A stretch of 63,133 bases of DNA, counting the filler, from Vannella sp. (taxonomy: Eukaryota), in assembly GCA_023345925.1 (NCBI GenBank). It is 7 parts of 7 records of this genome, joined end to end, with 100 filler letters (N's around TTAATTAATTAA, not from the genome) between each part and the next. Parts side by side here need not be neighbours in the genome. Positions count along the whole stretch, not along the records: positions 1 to 4,605 come from JAJQQN010001056.1; positions 4,706 to 15,395 come from JAJQQN010001183.1; 5 more parts are not named here. One strand, given 5' to 3'. The notes below the pieces were generated by a model. That model had not been told where the DNA came from, ran no database searches, and saw only the letters and a list, made by a program, of their open reading frames with translations. The translations under genes were made by a program, and so were the position numbers. Position 1 is the stretch's first letter, and each line of letters starts with the position of its first letter. Shown here in pieces: positions 1 through 13,700 of this stretch.

Positions 1-34
1 AAACCGTGTCCTTCTTCCGAAACATGGGCGACCG

Positions 35-52
35 CTAGGGTTTAGGGTTTAG
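35..52 (-). promoter_or_regulatory. Telo-box-like element (CCCTAAA)n-CCCTAG, copy 1
   Basis: CTAGGGTTTAGGGTTTAG, 9 nt from a minus-strand ATG at 25 (MFRKKDTV, runs off the window). The same 18-mer recurs at 40096 and 57892. Confidence 0.55.
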
Positions 53-159
53 TGATGGTGAGAACTCATTCCATATTTTCCTTCACAACAATGGTGGCAA
101 TTTTGAATTTCAGAATGTGCGGGACCAGTGAGGCGACTACTCACTTCATTGTTTTGGCG

Positions 160-1903
160 ATGTTGACGAGGGCGAGGCTGCCATGGCGGGCTGTGGGAAG
201 GGCTTTTGGGATTCAGGCGCCCTTCAGAGCCCCCGTGTGGAGACCTTTTACAAGCCAGACGACAGCCCAGGGGAGGAGGGAGGAAAGGGAGGAGGAAGAT
301 GAGACGGACGGCGAACAGGAGGAGCGAACTCGGAACCATTTTGTGTCGATCAAGCCGGATCGCTTCCCACCAGGTTGGAGGCCCTTCCCTTCGCTCCAAA
401 GGGCCCAAACTGACCTCTTTGACAGGCTCAGAGACGGCAGTAACGTGGACTCTCCTTGAGGATCACCTCCAAGCCGGAAAAGTCCCTCCCATTGCGCTCT
501 ACCACAAGATCCTTCAGTCCTACGCACACAAAGGGTGGAGACAGAGAGCTATGCTAGTATTGGACCAGATGGAGGAGTCAGGGCCCCCTCCTGATACGCA
601 CAGCTACAACATAATGATGAAGGAGTACTTCGAACTGGGCGAGCTTGGAGAGATAGAAGCCCTCCTCGCTCGCTTAGTCTCCAGAGGGGTCCAGCTTGAT
701 GAGAAAAGCCTAGAAACCCTCTTCAAAGTGGCCCTTCAAACCAACGATCGCGGTTTACAATCGGACTTGCAAGAGACCGCAGCTAACTTCCAAATCCGGT
801 ACACTCGCGCCATGTACCTCGCCAACATTGAGTTGTACGCAGACACGCTTGACTTTGAAAGTGCCTTTGCTTTCATCAACGCACTGGCGGAAGAAGAGTC
901 CATGCGGCCAGACACTGAAACTTGCAACATACTTTTGGGAACCTACGCGGAGCAGGGGGACTTGGAGGGCGCTCAAAAAGTGGTGGCACTGATGGACAAA
1001 TTCTGCCTGCGAGCCAACTTTGAGACGTACGAATGCACTATGGAAGGGTATTTGGCCCGGGGTGAACACGCTCAAGTCACTCGCATCTTTGAGGAGATGG
1101 GAGAGGACTTGAAATACCAAACTCTTCGCAGCCACGTTCTAATGATGAAGAGTTCCTTTGCTCAAGGAAAGGCTGAGGAAGCCATGCAGCGCTTTCAGGA
1201 TGTGCAAGAAGGAGGTCTCGAGTTAGATCACTTTGCTTTCTTATCCGTATTGAGTGGTCTTTGCCGAGCGGAGCTCCTTGAGCAAGTTGAGCAGGTGTGG
1301 CGTCGCTTCCTCCAAGAAGAGATTGACGTCACTTTGGATATTGTCGAGGTTCTACTGGAAGCCTATCTCAAGAAGGGCATGTTCAGCGAGGTGGAAAGTC
1401 TTTTGGAGTTTGCTGGAGCGTGCGCGGTTGAGTTTCAACCTTCCACGTACGATCTCCTGATAACAGCGTGTCTCAAGTATGGCATGTACGATCAGGTTAT
1501 GATCTACATGAGCCGCCTTCGCGAATTAGACCCTTCTTTTGAACCGACCAAAGAGTTCTATGACAATGTGATTCAAGCCAGCAAAGGCACTCTCACCATG
1601 TGGGAGATTATGAAGGACCTCGGGGTAACGAACCTCCCAATATCAGCAAAGAAGGGAGAAGATCTTTTCGTTTCTGAAGGCAAACGGATGATACGGAAGT
1701 ATCACAAAGAGTTAGCTTCTGATCGAAATCAAGCCTTGGAAGACGAAGAGACTGCCAGTGACGAGGAGAAATCCGAAGAGGAAGAGGAGGAAGAGGACTC
1801 GGATGATGATCTTGAAGTCATTTCGAAGGGAGATCGCCCTTCTGCACGTCCCCAAAGACAAAGAAAAGGAGGGCGCGTAGCAGCATCACGAAGAAACAAA
1901 TAA
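160..1903 (+). CDS. Pentatricopeptide repeat (PPR) protein, probably mitochondrial
   Basis: ATG 160 opens an Arg-rich transit-like peptide (MLTRARLPWR). GT-AG intron 374-424 joins it to the long ORF with 35-aa PPR motifs (PDTHSYNIMM, PDTETCNILL). Acidic tail. Confidence 0.85.
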
Positions 1904-1941
1904 AACAAGTTTTCACTCTGAAAAAGGGATATTTACAGCTT

Positions 1942-4246
1942 TCACACGATGGCGTCTCCAATGGCCGAAACGAAACGAGAAAAGTACTCTTTTGGCCTTT
2001 GGACCGAAAGGCCTTTCTGTCAAATTGGGCGTGAGCGACCAAGTCTCACAGGAATCAAGCTAGACTTACTCGGTCTTTGCACTTGAGGAAGATTTTAATG
2101 CAACGTTCAGAGCGTTTGTTGCAGTCGTAAAGTTGGAGCATGTCAATTACTCCAAGATAGTAAACTACTTTTCCATTGATAGAGTCAATTCCCTTGTCTT
2201 CTCCCATGCTCAGGTCGCTGAGATTGACTAAATAATCCCCGCTATCTTCCATCTCGAAGTCATCACTGTCTCCACCCTCTGATAAATCCCTCCTGAGCCC
2301 ATTCAGTCAACCCTCTTTTCCTTCTCAAAGCATGGATACTTACAGTCTCTGGCCACCACTTGGATTGGGTGGCCCTTCACGGAAATGTAGTCCCACGAGG
2401 AGACTGTAGTCAATGATGCCGAGATTCTTCAGGAACAGGGAATCTGTCTCAAGTGAAGACATGATCTCGCCTTTGCGGCGTGGTCCAATTTCAATCTTGG
2501 AGTGCGTTCTCACAAAGTCCTGATCCATTCCAAGGACTGAGGAAGGGTCTTGTTGGTGTCGGAGACCCACTTCTCGCCGTACCCAGGAGCCCTTTAAGTC
2601 GTATCGTTGGTGAATTGGAAGACCAGAGTAGAATACATTATTCATCACAATAGCATAAACAGCTGGAGAGAACCCTGAATGGAAAGAGTAAATACCGTAA
2701 CATTTGGAGAGCAAAGTCCCCGGATGTTTGCAAATATGAAGATAATACGCTTTCAAGATGCGCCGTAATAGCATGGCCTCATTAACAGGCACCGTTTTCA
2801 TGATAAAGCGCTGGTCAGGACTGAAGATGAAGAAGCTACCGCTTCGCCCTTCCGAGAACTTTTGGGTTTCGAAGGCTGCTAAGACAGAATCGACATCAAA
2901 AGATCCCAAGAAAGCCTCATTGGTTATTCCATCAAGCTCCCGTAATCTCTGGAAGACATGAGAGGAGTAAGAGAAGAAAGAGGCGCTTTGATTCGCCCGT
3001 TTTTCAAAGATGAGACTGACAGAAGTGTTTGTGCTCATCATTTGAGTGAGGTTAGTAATGTGAAGCTCATCCTCAAAGTCTTCTGTGGCAAACTCCTTTT
3101 CAACTTGGTAAGAGCGACCGCTCCGCTGTACAGAATGGGCCAATCCCATCATCAGGTGAGTGACCACTGCCTTCCTCAGCGAGTGAGGACCAAATCCCTC
3201 CGACTCATTCAGCAAGGCTGTCTCCCGTGCAGCGCTCTGCTGCTCCTTCAAGTGCTTCCGGCTCAAAGAACAATACATCAGCGCCAGACAGAAAGGGGCC
3301 TGTCGGATACGAGCGCGGAAGTAAGGGTCAGAGAGCCACACCAGAGCGTTAAGGAAGCCCTGAATGCTCACGCAGATGGCATCCACGTACTCCAACCAGA
3401 TATTGTTCCTCCCAGTGGCCACCAAAATGCGGTGAAGAACCGGTTCACTCTATCCCATGAGCAGTCAGTGACCCACACCATGCCTGGATACCTCTAGAAG
3501 CTCATCTCTCACCCAAATAGCCACGAACACCACAGAGAAGAGGAGCATTCGGACCACGCTGCGGCGCATCTTGCTCCCTTGGTCCTTGATAATCCGGAAA
3601 CGAGAGATGGTAAAGAGGAAGCACAAGATGGACACTAGAAAGTAGACAGCGAGGGGCCCGATGAAGAGGAGCTGCCACCAGACTGATGCGGTGCTCCCGA
3701 TCCAACAAGTGCCGTCAATGGAGACGCCATACGCTGGAGAACTGAGGTAAAGCTTAGTACTCATCAGGACAGTGGTGGTGACAATGCTGAGGGTCCACAC
3801 GTAGAGGTGATACGCCGCGACGTAGCTGCGAGGGCTCATGAAAGGGTTACGGAGGAGCAAAAGGATGTTCAGAGAGATGATTCCGTTCCAGGAGATGGAC
3901 GAAAGACCCCAGAACTGCGTCCATAAGGCCTCGATCCCGCAAAACTAAGCAAACCCGCGGTCAGTCAGAAGGATAGCGAGGAGTCCCTCTTTAGACTTAC
4001 CCACGTGACCAAGTAACCTGGTTCAGCCGGAGCCACGAACAGGGAAGCGACAAAGAACTTGAGAGCGAAGAAGAAGTCGCAAACGGAGAGAAAGAACACG
4101 AGAGAGAACGGGAATCGCCGCAGTTCCTTCACCAGCAGATATGAAAGGATGATCAGCCCGGAGCCTATCATGGACAGCACACTCGAAGAGAAGTACAAGA
4201 TCTGGATGATCTCCAACGAGCTCAAGCTGCCAACCTCGCCCGCCAT
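1942..4246 (-). CDS. GPCR-PIP5K fusion (cAR-like 7TM plus PI4P 5-kinase), RpkA/GK-like, multi-exon
   Basis: Hydrophobic TM exons (LVFFLSVCD, CWI, QGFLNALVW) in frame with PIPK motifs GRSGSFF, YDLKGS, IIDYSLL, GVIDML. Last exon KGLSVQRPKEYFSRF. Confidence 0.88.
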
Positions 4247-4605
4247 GACGGAACCAACTGACCCAATCACAGCCAAACAATCACATTTCTCTCCCCTTTT
4301 GGCCTTTTGCCTATTAACATCGGGTTCTTCCTCGAGAACTCGTGTTTGCGTAGCTTGCCCTGATGACCTCCATCTCTTCAGGATAAGCTTTTGGACTGAT
4401 TTCATACTTTCACTTTTTGGCTGCTTGAGGACCCAAACAAGGGGAAATGCCCTCGCCACTCGTGACTTCTCTCGGTCGCTTTCCCCTTTCTGAGCTTCCG
4501 GATTTCACCTCAGAAACCAGGCTTCCACAATAGCATTTGACAACTTTTTATCAGTTTTTAGACCATCTGGCAAAGAATGGGACATCTCGGAAAAAGTCGC
4601 TTTAT

Positions 4606-4705
4606 NNNNNNNNNNNNNNNNNNNNNNNNNNNNNNNNNNNNNNNNNNNNTTAATTAATTAANNNNNNNNNNNNNNNNNNNNNNNNNNNNNNNNNNNNNNN
4701 NNNNN
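4606..4705. other. Artificial contig linker
   Basis: N run, TTAATTAATTAA (six-frame stop), N run; 100 nt. Confidence 0.97.
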
Positions 4706-4768
4706 GAACTTTCGAGCGCCAAAGATTGCGCCTCTTCTTTCCTTTGAAATCGGATGCTTGTGAGTTTA

Positions 4769-7700
4769 TTAGGCAAAAGTAAATCCATCCGCGCAGGCGA
4801 GCGAAAGAAGGAGTTTCTGGCGAAAAATGGCCTCGTTTGGATACTCTGGAATATCCAGTCTCCAAGAGCACGTGTGAGCGGTTGGCAAGTATTCTTCCGT
4901 CATTCCGCGAGCTACAAAGAGGGTAAAGTGCCGATGTGTCCACGAAGATGGAAGACAAGGAGATCCAGAAGTGAATTGGACAAAGTCCTTTCGCTCCTGT
5001 TCATCAAAGCTTTCGAGGATTTTCCAAAGGAATTGGGCAACTGGAGAGGTTTCTGTGCAGTTTGAGTATTCTGTGTGCATCTTCAGCAACTCCAGATCAA
5101 TCGTGCGCTCCCCCTCCACTAAGATCTTGACTTCCTCTGGCAAGAACCACGAAAAAAGGAAACTGAATTGCCTGGTCTCGACTTGGAAGCCCTCTCGTAG
5201 TGCAGCAAGTTGTGGAGAGAGTTCGTTCTGGCGATATTGAGATACGAGACGAGCGTATTCATGCCGATTCTCCCATGTGACGGGAAGGTTCGCTCCATTC
5301 TCAACCAGCTCAACTTCTCTCCCATCAAGAGTCCGGGTGGTCAAAGTGAGAGATATGATGTCAGCAAAGCTCTCAGGATCAATTTGAGACTCATCAATGT
5401 TAAGCAAAGTTTCTGTACTCTCAAAGGAGAGGGCATCTACTTCGCGATAGTCCTCATCATTTAACGATTCTCCTAAAAGGCTCTTCCAAACAAGCATTGG
5501 CCAGGCTGCGCCACTGAAAACTGAACTAGAGAGCAAAGCGCCTCCAACGAGCCGCCCTATGAATTCAAATTGTCGTAAGTCAGATGGTGTGGTTCGACCA
5601 GGGTGCGGTACAAAGAGCTCTTGGCCCCTGGAGTTTTGGCTGTTGGGAGTGGTGACAAATAGTGTTCCTTGAATATCCTTCACCATCTGAGCTAGAGCCT
5701 CACGGAAAAGACCTCCCTCATCAATTCCGTCTTCTCCTGTGAAGAGCACTTCAAACATGTGCTCATTGGATCGGCTGAAATGTGATCGTTCAAGCTGTAA
5801 AAAGGCCTGCTGGAACAATGGAACACTCTCGATGGTACGAGAGAGAGTGACTGACTGAAGAGCTTCCTCCTCTTCTATCATTAAGGTGATGTTTTTCAAC
5901 TGCTCCCTTTTCAAATAAGGCAAAAAGAGGTGCCTTAATTTGGTCAATCGGGCTGCAATGGTTCCATCAGTATTGGCAGATTGGAAGGAAAAGTACGAGG
6001 TAAACACTTCCGCTGGGTCATTGAGGTCAATCATAAGTCCTGCTCGATATGCGATCTTGTGTCTGTCTTCTCCTACAAGCAGAGGAAATCGGCGCATTGT
6101 GTCCACCGATAAATGGTGGATGAATTGGGTGATATCATAGACATCTGCAAAGAAACCACCTCGCTTGTCGATAGCGATAAAATACTCAATCAATTGGATG
6201 ATTTGCTGGTCATGTTGCTTTGTCCAACTAATCGATACTTCTTGGTGAAATTTCAAGTAGAGTTCGAGCATGCGATTCGCTTCTTTTTCATTCTCTTGGA
6301 AGAGATAATCCATTCCGGAGTCATTGTAAACGGGTGTTACTGAGAACATGTAGCCCCAGTGAGTATGGTGGGGGCGCTTGGGCAAGGAAACTTTGTAGTA
6401 GAGCGACGAGCCCATGAGCTGATAGTAATCGTAATTGGTCATGTACTTATCGTACTCAGCAAGGGTCTTTGTGGTTCCTTTTGCCTTGAATATTTCCATG
6501 TGATTAACGCTACTTCGTTGGTCAAACGCAATCAGCAGGCTGATGGCGTGAGGGAAATTAATTTCTTCAGCCACTGCTTCTGTATAAGGATGATTGCTTT
6601 CCCGGACTTCAGGAATGGCAAAGAGGCGCGACACAACTCGACGAATAACTGTTTCAAGTTGAGGGGAGTTGGTATTCAACAGAACATCCATAGTGTCCAT
6701 AGAGGATCGACAGGAGAATGCCAAAAGGTCAAATTTGTGACGCTTTGATACTTCAACTGGGAAATACTTTCTGTGGAAGAGGAAGAACTCAAAGCAAGCG
6801 TGGCTCCAGGAACTTATCTGAACAGAAGTATCTCTAGCCTGCGCATTCAAAAGTAGGTTAAAAGTAATCCACCCAGTCATTTGCTTGATGAGTTGGAGAG
6901 CCTCTAACGGTAATGGATTGGTCCTTAGTTGGAGGAGGCGATTAAGGAGGGACAGTAAATGAGCATCTACTCCCAACCGCGATTCAGAAAGGTTGGGCTC
7001 TATGGTCAATTGCTTGAGAAGAGATAAGAGGATGGCATCTCCATTAATCCATTTGACTAATTCTGGGAGGGAATGTGTTTCAAAAAGTTCGAAGACGATT
7101 GTCATACTCGCCCATAGGAAGGCAAAGTTGCCTCCTTTCTTGCTGATCTCTCCTGGAAGTAATTCACCACGAGGGAAGACAACGGCTGCTTTTCTAGGTG
7201 GTGGATTGATGTAGACTGTGTTAGAAGAGCAGTGGAAGCCGCCCAGGAGCGATCCTATCTCATTGGAGCATTGAGGATCACTGTAGACCATGGGCTTTTC
7301 CCAAGGCATCAGGACGTTCTTCGTCCGTACAGTCGAGCAGAGAACCAATTGAGAGCTTTCGCGTCCCCTGACCATCCAACAGCCGTTTCCTTTCACTTTC
7401 TCTTGGCGAATGTCAGCCACATAGTTGGCATTTGTGACTTCCTCTTGGACAGTCAAGAGGAATGTGTTGGCTATTTGAGCCATCTTTTTAGTCCTCCTGT
7501 TCTTCTTCTTCCTCCGCTTCTTTCCAGTTTCACTCGGCGTGTTTAGCAGTTCCTGAGTCCAGCTCTCATACAAAAGGGATTTCAGGCGATCCAGCACATT
7601 TCGTAGAGGAGTAGTTATCTCTGGAGCAACAATACCGTCCGAACAGCTATTCACAACATCCAGCTTGTCCATTAGGGGCACTTTCAGATACTCCCGGCAC

Positions 7701-10700
7701 AGCAGATGGAAGAGAGTCGCTTCTTTGTGGGATCCATTTCCGATTAAATATTGGAGGTTAAGCTGATCACTCCATCTACTCAAACACTGCAAGCTCAGCT
7801 TCTGCATGAGCTGAGATTCCTTGAAGAGAATTTGCGATTGAATCTCAGAAGGATTGCTCCGCCCTATTGCAGCAGAAGGATGGTCAAAAATCACTACCAA
7901 AGGGATTGGCAAGATTTCTTGACGGCTACCAAAGTCGATCTGGAGGGCATTCTTATCATAGAACACTTGAAGAACTGTTCCAAGGCGAAGAGACTGGTCA
8001 CTCCCTTCTGCAACAATATCTCCAGGGAAGACCGCACCAATCCGTGACGGGAGAGTCAATTGATTGCCCCTCCCTGCCCAATGAGGTAAATAATTCTGTC
8101 GTGAATCTGGTAGTGATCGCCCGCGCCATTCAAACTTCGTGTGAATCTCCCGGATGGTGGCAGAACTTCCATGTTTTGGGAACGAGGGAGTGATGATCTG
8201 ATTTTCTTCATCTTCGCTGGAAGTGCTGTTGGAATCCATTTCGCTGTTGTCACTCATATCAAAACCAAGTCCTTGCTCCTCATAATCATTCCATAGCTCA
8301 TTCAGCATCTCTTCGTTCGGATCACTGTCAGACTCGGAGCTGATGTCTTCGCTCATGGAGTCCAAGATTGAGTGTCCTTCAGAGCTGGATAGAGATTCAC
8401 TGGAGCCCTCATCCGACGCATTCTCAAGTAGATGAGGGTGTGAATGGCGGAGCTCCTGGAGATCCGAGAGGAGTTCCATCACTGTCTCATCTCCTGAGAT
8501 ATCCTCTTCGTCCTGTGAATCAATGTCACTATTCCTATCTTCGCTACTTTCGTCATCTTCACTATGCTGGCCTGAACACTCTGGAGAGGAGCCAAATTCT
8601 TGTGCAGAGAGCTCTCCTTCATCATAGAATCCTTCGTTTTGAAGCTGTTCGATCATTCTCTCCTCAGGATCTTGAATTGGCGAACCTGGACCAGTCTCCA
8701 CTTTCGTGGCGAGGTGCTCCGTGAATGTGTGTTCTTGTGTCCACTTAACGAAATGCTCCACCAACAGGAAAGGCTTCTCTCCAAAATTGAGGTTCATAGA
8801 ACATCCAGCGCCCAGCATTGTGGCGGAGCACACAAGCAATGAATTGTCGATCACAGTCCTATGAAGATATGTGAAACGGTCTGGACTATTAACAATGAAG
8901 TAGAAATAGGGTATAAGGGAATCTTGTGTTGGGTAGTGAAGACCACAGCCGATTGTATCGCCTTCACTGAAGGAAAGTTCCTCTGCGCCATTTTCCTCGA
9001 TGATCCTCCACAGTTTGCCTTTGTTAGTCAATTGGACGAGTCTGTGATTGGTATTGAGGCGATGATTAACCGAAGAAAAGCCAATTCCAATGGTGCAAAG
9101 CTCTCCAAGTTGGCCCACGCGTCCCTCAAAGTAAAAAGAAGTAATCCAGGGTGGCCTGGGGATGGGATAGTTCCCTGCCATTGGGATGGTATTGGAGTTT
9201 TTGCACTTCCCTTGAATATTGCAAGTGATATTGCTTTTGTCTGCAACCAAGTAGCAAGGAAGCATCAAATCCATGGGGTCGAATAATGATTCATCCCATC
9301 CCTCTGGTGCGTTTCTTAAAGTTGGTTGGATGGCATGTGGGACAAATTGCTGGATCAGTGCAAGTACTATCTCGCAGGACATTTGGCGTTGCTCTTGCTT
9401 TCTATTCTCAAGACCAGGAATAAGCATCCTTCGGAGGACAAGGGACTCACTCTCTAACTCAATAACTGACTCAGGCGCAAGTGCCTTTTGATACACTGCC
9501 AGCCGATGGACATAGTCCAGCATCTCAAGTGGGAGCGGCAATGGTTCAGGGTTTGGGAGATTCACTAGAATGCGCAAAGCATAATTGATTGTGAGTTCTT
9601 GACCAGAGTCAGGCAGCAATTGAAACAGGTACTTTTGAAGCTCAGGAGGGGCCATGGGAGTCAACGGCTTTTCAAGAAGGACACTCTTGCTAACCGGAAC
9701 TAACGCAGAAGATAGCTTAGAAGAAGTTGAATGTACCAAACAGTGATCCCAAACCCTTGACTTGATGATCGCATTAAAAGTGATAGATTTGGGAGGAGCC
9801 TTGACAGCCGTCTCATCTGAAACGAATACATCAGGAGTAAATCCTCCCATTACCGCCATACAACCGACTAGGATAGAGTCACTGTCATTATGGAGTGAGG
9901 TGCGCGCCAGTAAGGAGTTAACCAGCCGCGTGATTGTCTGGTACCATGAAGTGCACTGCAAGAGCTTCTGCAACATCCAGACAAGCTCTCTAATGACTCG
10001 AAGCTGGCCACTGCCCTCTTCAACCACTCCTAATAATTGGGTTTCTTTTCCATCTACCAGATCCAGAGACTTTTTGAACCTCTTTTTCGCTGGTTCCTGC
10101 TGGTTTGAGAATGACTGACGCTTCTTCCCACTTCGAAGAAGCACTGGGATATTGGACTCCTCAGACCCTGTGAATTGAAAATCTGGTTCCTGGACATCTC
10201 CAAAGTGATAGGACCGCACTGACACGCCGATAGTCTTCAGAATATCTTCAATCCAGCTCTTAGCAGTCCTTGCTCTCGGGGTGATAGTGGATTGGCTTCC
10301 AAGTATGGCACTAAATTGAGGTGGAGTGAGATGGATAAGCTGATGGAAACAGATTTGAATGAGAAGGCTTTGCATCTCTGCTGTTTGTGAGAACTTCTTT
10401 GAGAGTAAACTGATAACAGTCTTCACTAAAGTCTCTCGGGCAGGAAGCAAAGATACCCCGGAAGAGGAGGGAATCAGATGGGCGCGAATTCCGTGGACCA
10501 ATTTGATCAACTCTTCGACTATCCAAGGTCTCCCGTGGTCCTTATTATCAAGCAAACGGCAAAGGATCTCTACCATTTCGGTAACAACTTGCTCCACCAA
10601 AGGATCCCCACTATGATCAATAGAGAATTGAACGCACTGGACAACTGTCACACAGAACAACCGCACGAGGTACTCTAAAAGTCCGTCATGTTCCACAAAG

Positions 10701-13700
10701 CCAAGTAGCCAAACATCCAAAATGGTATCCTGCATTCGGAAGAAGAACCGTTTCTCCTGGATGAAGCGCAAGTCACTTGCATTTGAGATATTGAACTTGC
10801 ACATGTACAAAGTGTCGAGTGTCGGTCGTCTTTCGTAATCAACGGGCAGTAAGAAGTGGATGAGCTCGTAGTATTGCTGAATAAGGGCATCCTGCAAGAA
10901 GCGGCTGGCACCTCGTAGTTTTGTTAATGGGTTGGAAGGGACTTCCAACTTCGCCACACAATAGCCGCTCATGACTTTGAAGGATGGGGTTTGCAGGAAA
11001 TGTAGAAGGAGTTTGTAGCCACGAATTCGAAGCTCGCAAAGTTGGTTCTTTCGCTCTAGGAACTCCTGAACTGAAGGCAAACTTGGAGAAGTACTTTGCA
11101 CCCACTGTAGCACTGAGGAGCAGATGTGCATGTAATGAGAGGCGTGGCAAGAAGCAATCGTTTGCAAACTTTGCAAAGCGTGCAGACGCTGCAGGAAGCA
11201 ACCAAAAGACTTGGAGTCTTCCAGAAAGTCTGGAGTTCCAGCACTCGCAAATGATGAACTTCGACGCCCAATACCAGGGGGTGAGAGAAGTGCCTCTTCT
11301 TGATTCAATGAGAGAAGAGATGAAGGCCTCTTCCGTCGCTGCTTTGGAAGGCTAACTTCAACAACTTGAGGTTGATGGACAGGACAAAGTGTGTCCACAA
11401 TGAAACTACCTCTCTCTTTTGCTTGCTCCAAGAGATCAAAGTATGAGAGCCCGTGTTCATGATGCTGAACGAATGCCCATTCTCTTATATACGAGCTTTG
11501 GTTCCACAAAAACACGAGCGAAGCCAAGTTAGACTCCACAACATCATCTTCATCAACACTATGAGTCACTAAGCTTGCAGCACAAGCTTCTGCTTTGTTT
11601 GTGAGCCCACAGTGATGCAAAATTGCGCCAAAGACTATCCTCTCCATCTCTTCAATGGCTGTGCTCTTCTCTTGTGATCCCAATACCGTGTGAGAGCTTA
11701 GCCTCCGCAGCACTTTCACCAAATTGACCGCTTCTTCCGTAGATTGTTCTACTAGTTGGTGAAGGAAGAGAATATTCAAAAAAGGCTTATCCTCAGAAGT
11801 TTGCAAACCACCTCGAAGGAGTCCATCCTTATCATTCAATAGTCCACTGGGAAGACTCGTGCTTGATCCCTGTATACTCTGTTGGATAATGGATGAGATC
11901 AATTGTCCACACAAACAACTTATGCTCCGTTCTAAGTCTACAGCGAAAGGGAAAAGGCCATCAATGCGCTCTTGCTTTGAGAAGTATCCAGTGGCATGTA
12001 CTCTGATTCCTCGAGAATCTGAATCAGCGCTGTAGTACATCATAAGCACTTGATCTCGTTCAAAGCAAATGGTCTTATGTTGATTGATATCAAACATGGT
12101 CTTAGGAACGCCTTGGTAAAAGAATGTGACTTCGCCCCGTTTCACTGGATCGCTGAAGAATCGCACTTCATCGTTACCACCCATTGACGAGTCTTCCGTG
12201 AAGGTCAATGTGATAAAGTCAGCACCTGGGAAGCTCACTTCGACCTCTTCTTCGTGTTCTTGGTAGCTGCGGCCGGGATTGGTGATGTCAATTGTTTTGG
12301 TTTTCGTAAAGAATCCTGGTTTAGCCAAGAGGGAATCGCCATGATCAGCATATCGAGATTGACTATGATTGTAAAGGATTTGCTGGATTCGGAGGAGGGT
12401 CTGAAGAGCAACTTCATGCTCTGCAATCGGTTCGTTCCATAACTGACCCACGAGAAGTGGTAAAAGAGACCGCAAAAGTGGGCTTTCATCAATTGGATAG
12501 GATTCGGTTATCATTTGCTGTAGGACATACTCGCTAGCAGATAGAACTTGGATAAGGAACGGAACATGGACAGGATGTATCAATGTACCAATCAGCTCCA
12601 TGCACTGAGCGTGCTTAGACACTTCGAGGGTTTTCCACATCTCCAAAATGGACTCTCTCTGTTGATAGACGGGATGCTTGGTCTCTGAGAGCTGTTCTAC
12701 GGCTGCTAAGTCAGCTTGGATGCTTTGATTCACTCTCAGATGGATCAGTGGGACATCCAAAGAGTAAATCTGCTTCAATGTGGGGACAAGTCTCACATTT
12801 AGCTGCTCAGAATGATCCCAGAGGGACAGCAAACTCAGTGCGAACGCATGTCCAACAACATCATAGAAGAGGGTTCGTTTCAACTCCTTAACAGGGAGAT
12901 TGTTTTCAAGCCTCAGTGTCAAAAAGAGATCACAAATCGATGTTGCAGAAGAAAGATAGAAATCTGCTGTGCTGGCCTTGATAGATAAGTCCAAGTGAAG
13001 AGAATTCGTGAGCTGAGAGTATCCTCTCTGCTGCAAGAGAGAGCAAGAGTGCTTCTGGAGCAGACGAAGGCAAGCCAAAAGGTGTTTCAACTCTTTGGTT
13101 GAGGGAAACTGGACAGCAGACCGAGCAATAGGTCGGAGTGCAACAGTGAGGATTCCCGGAAAGATCTCTTCCAGCAATGTCTTCTGATGAAGGCTCAAAT
13201 GATACTCCCATGGCAAATGCTCGCTTATTTGGTCTAACTGAGAGACAGCATACCAGGCTAACTCTTCATTGTGAGAAGGTACAGCCAAATCATTGACAGA
13301 CTGCCACATGACATGTGCTAGTGATGCTGGAGTGTCTGAAGCCTCGTGGCACTTTACGTCTAATCGATTCACCTCAGTAGAAGAGACCATCCAAAGTGAC
13401 TGAGAGACCCAATCGAGGCAAACAAGGTGCGGCATATGGAACGCCCACGTGTGAACAAAAGGCACGTTAAGGTCAGGTATCAGAAGGGCTGACTCTGGTC
13501 CCATATGGAGTAAGAGCTGCCCGTTGCTCATCCAGTTCCGAGAGAAGCCTTCTGTGATCTGGGAGACCCCAAAAGTGATATGATGGACGGCTACAAGCTC
13601 TCCTCGCTCCTCAGGCTCCCCCTCATCAAGAATTGTGAGATCACAAACCAAACAGAGAAGCCGTGGCTCAGGAGGTGTTCTCTGGTCGACAGGAGTGTTG

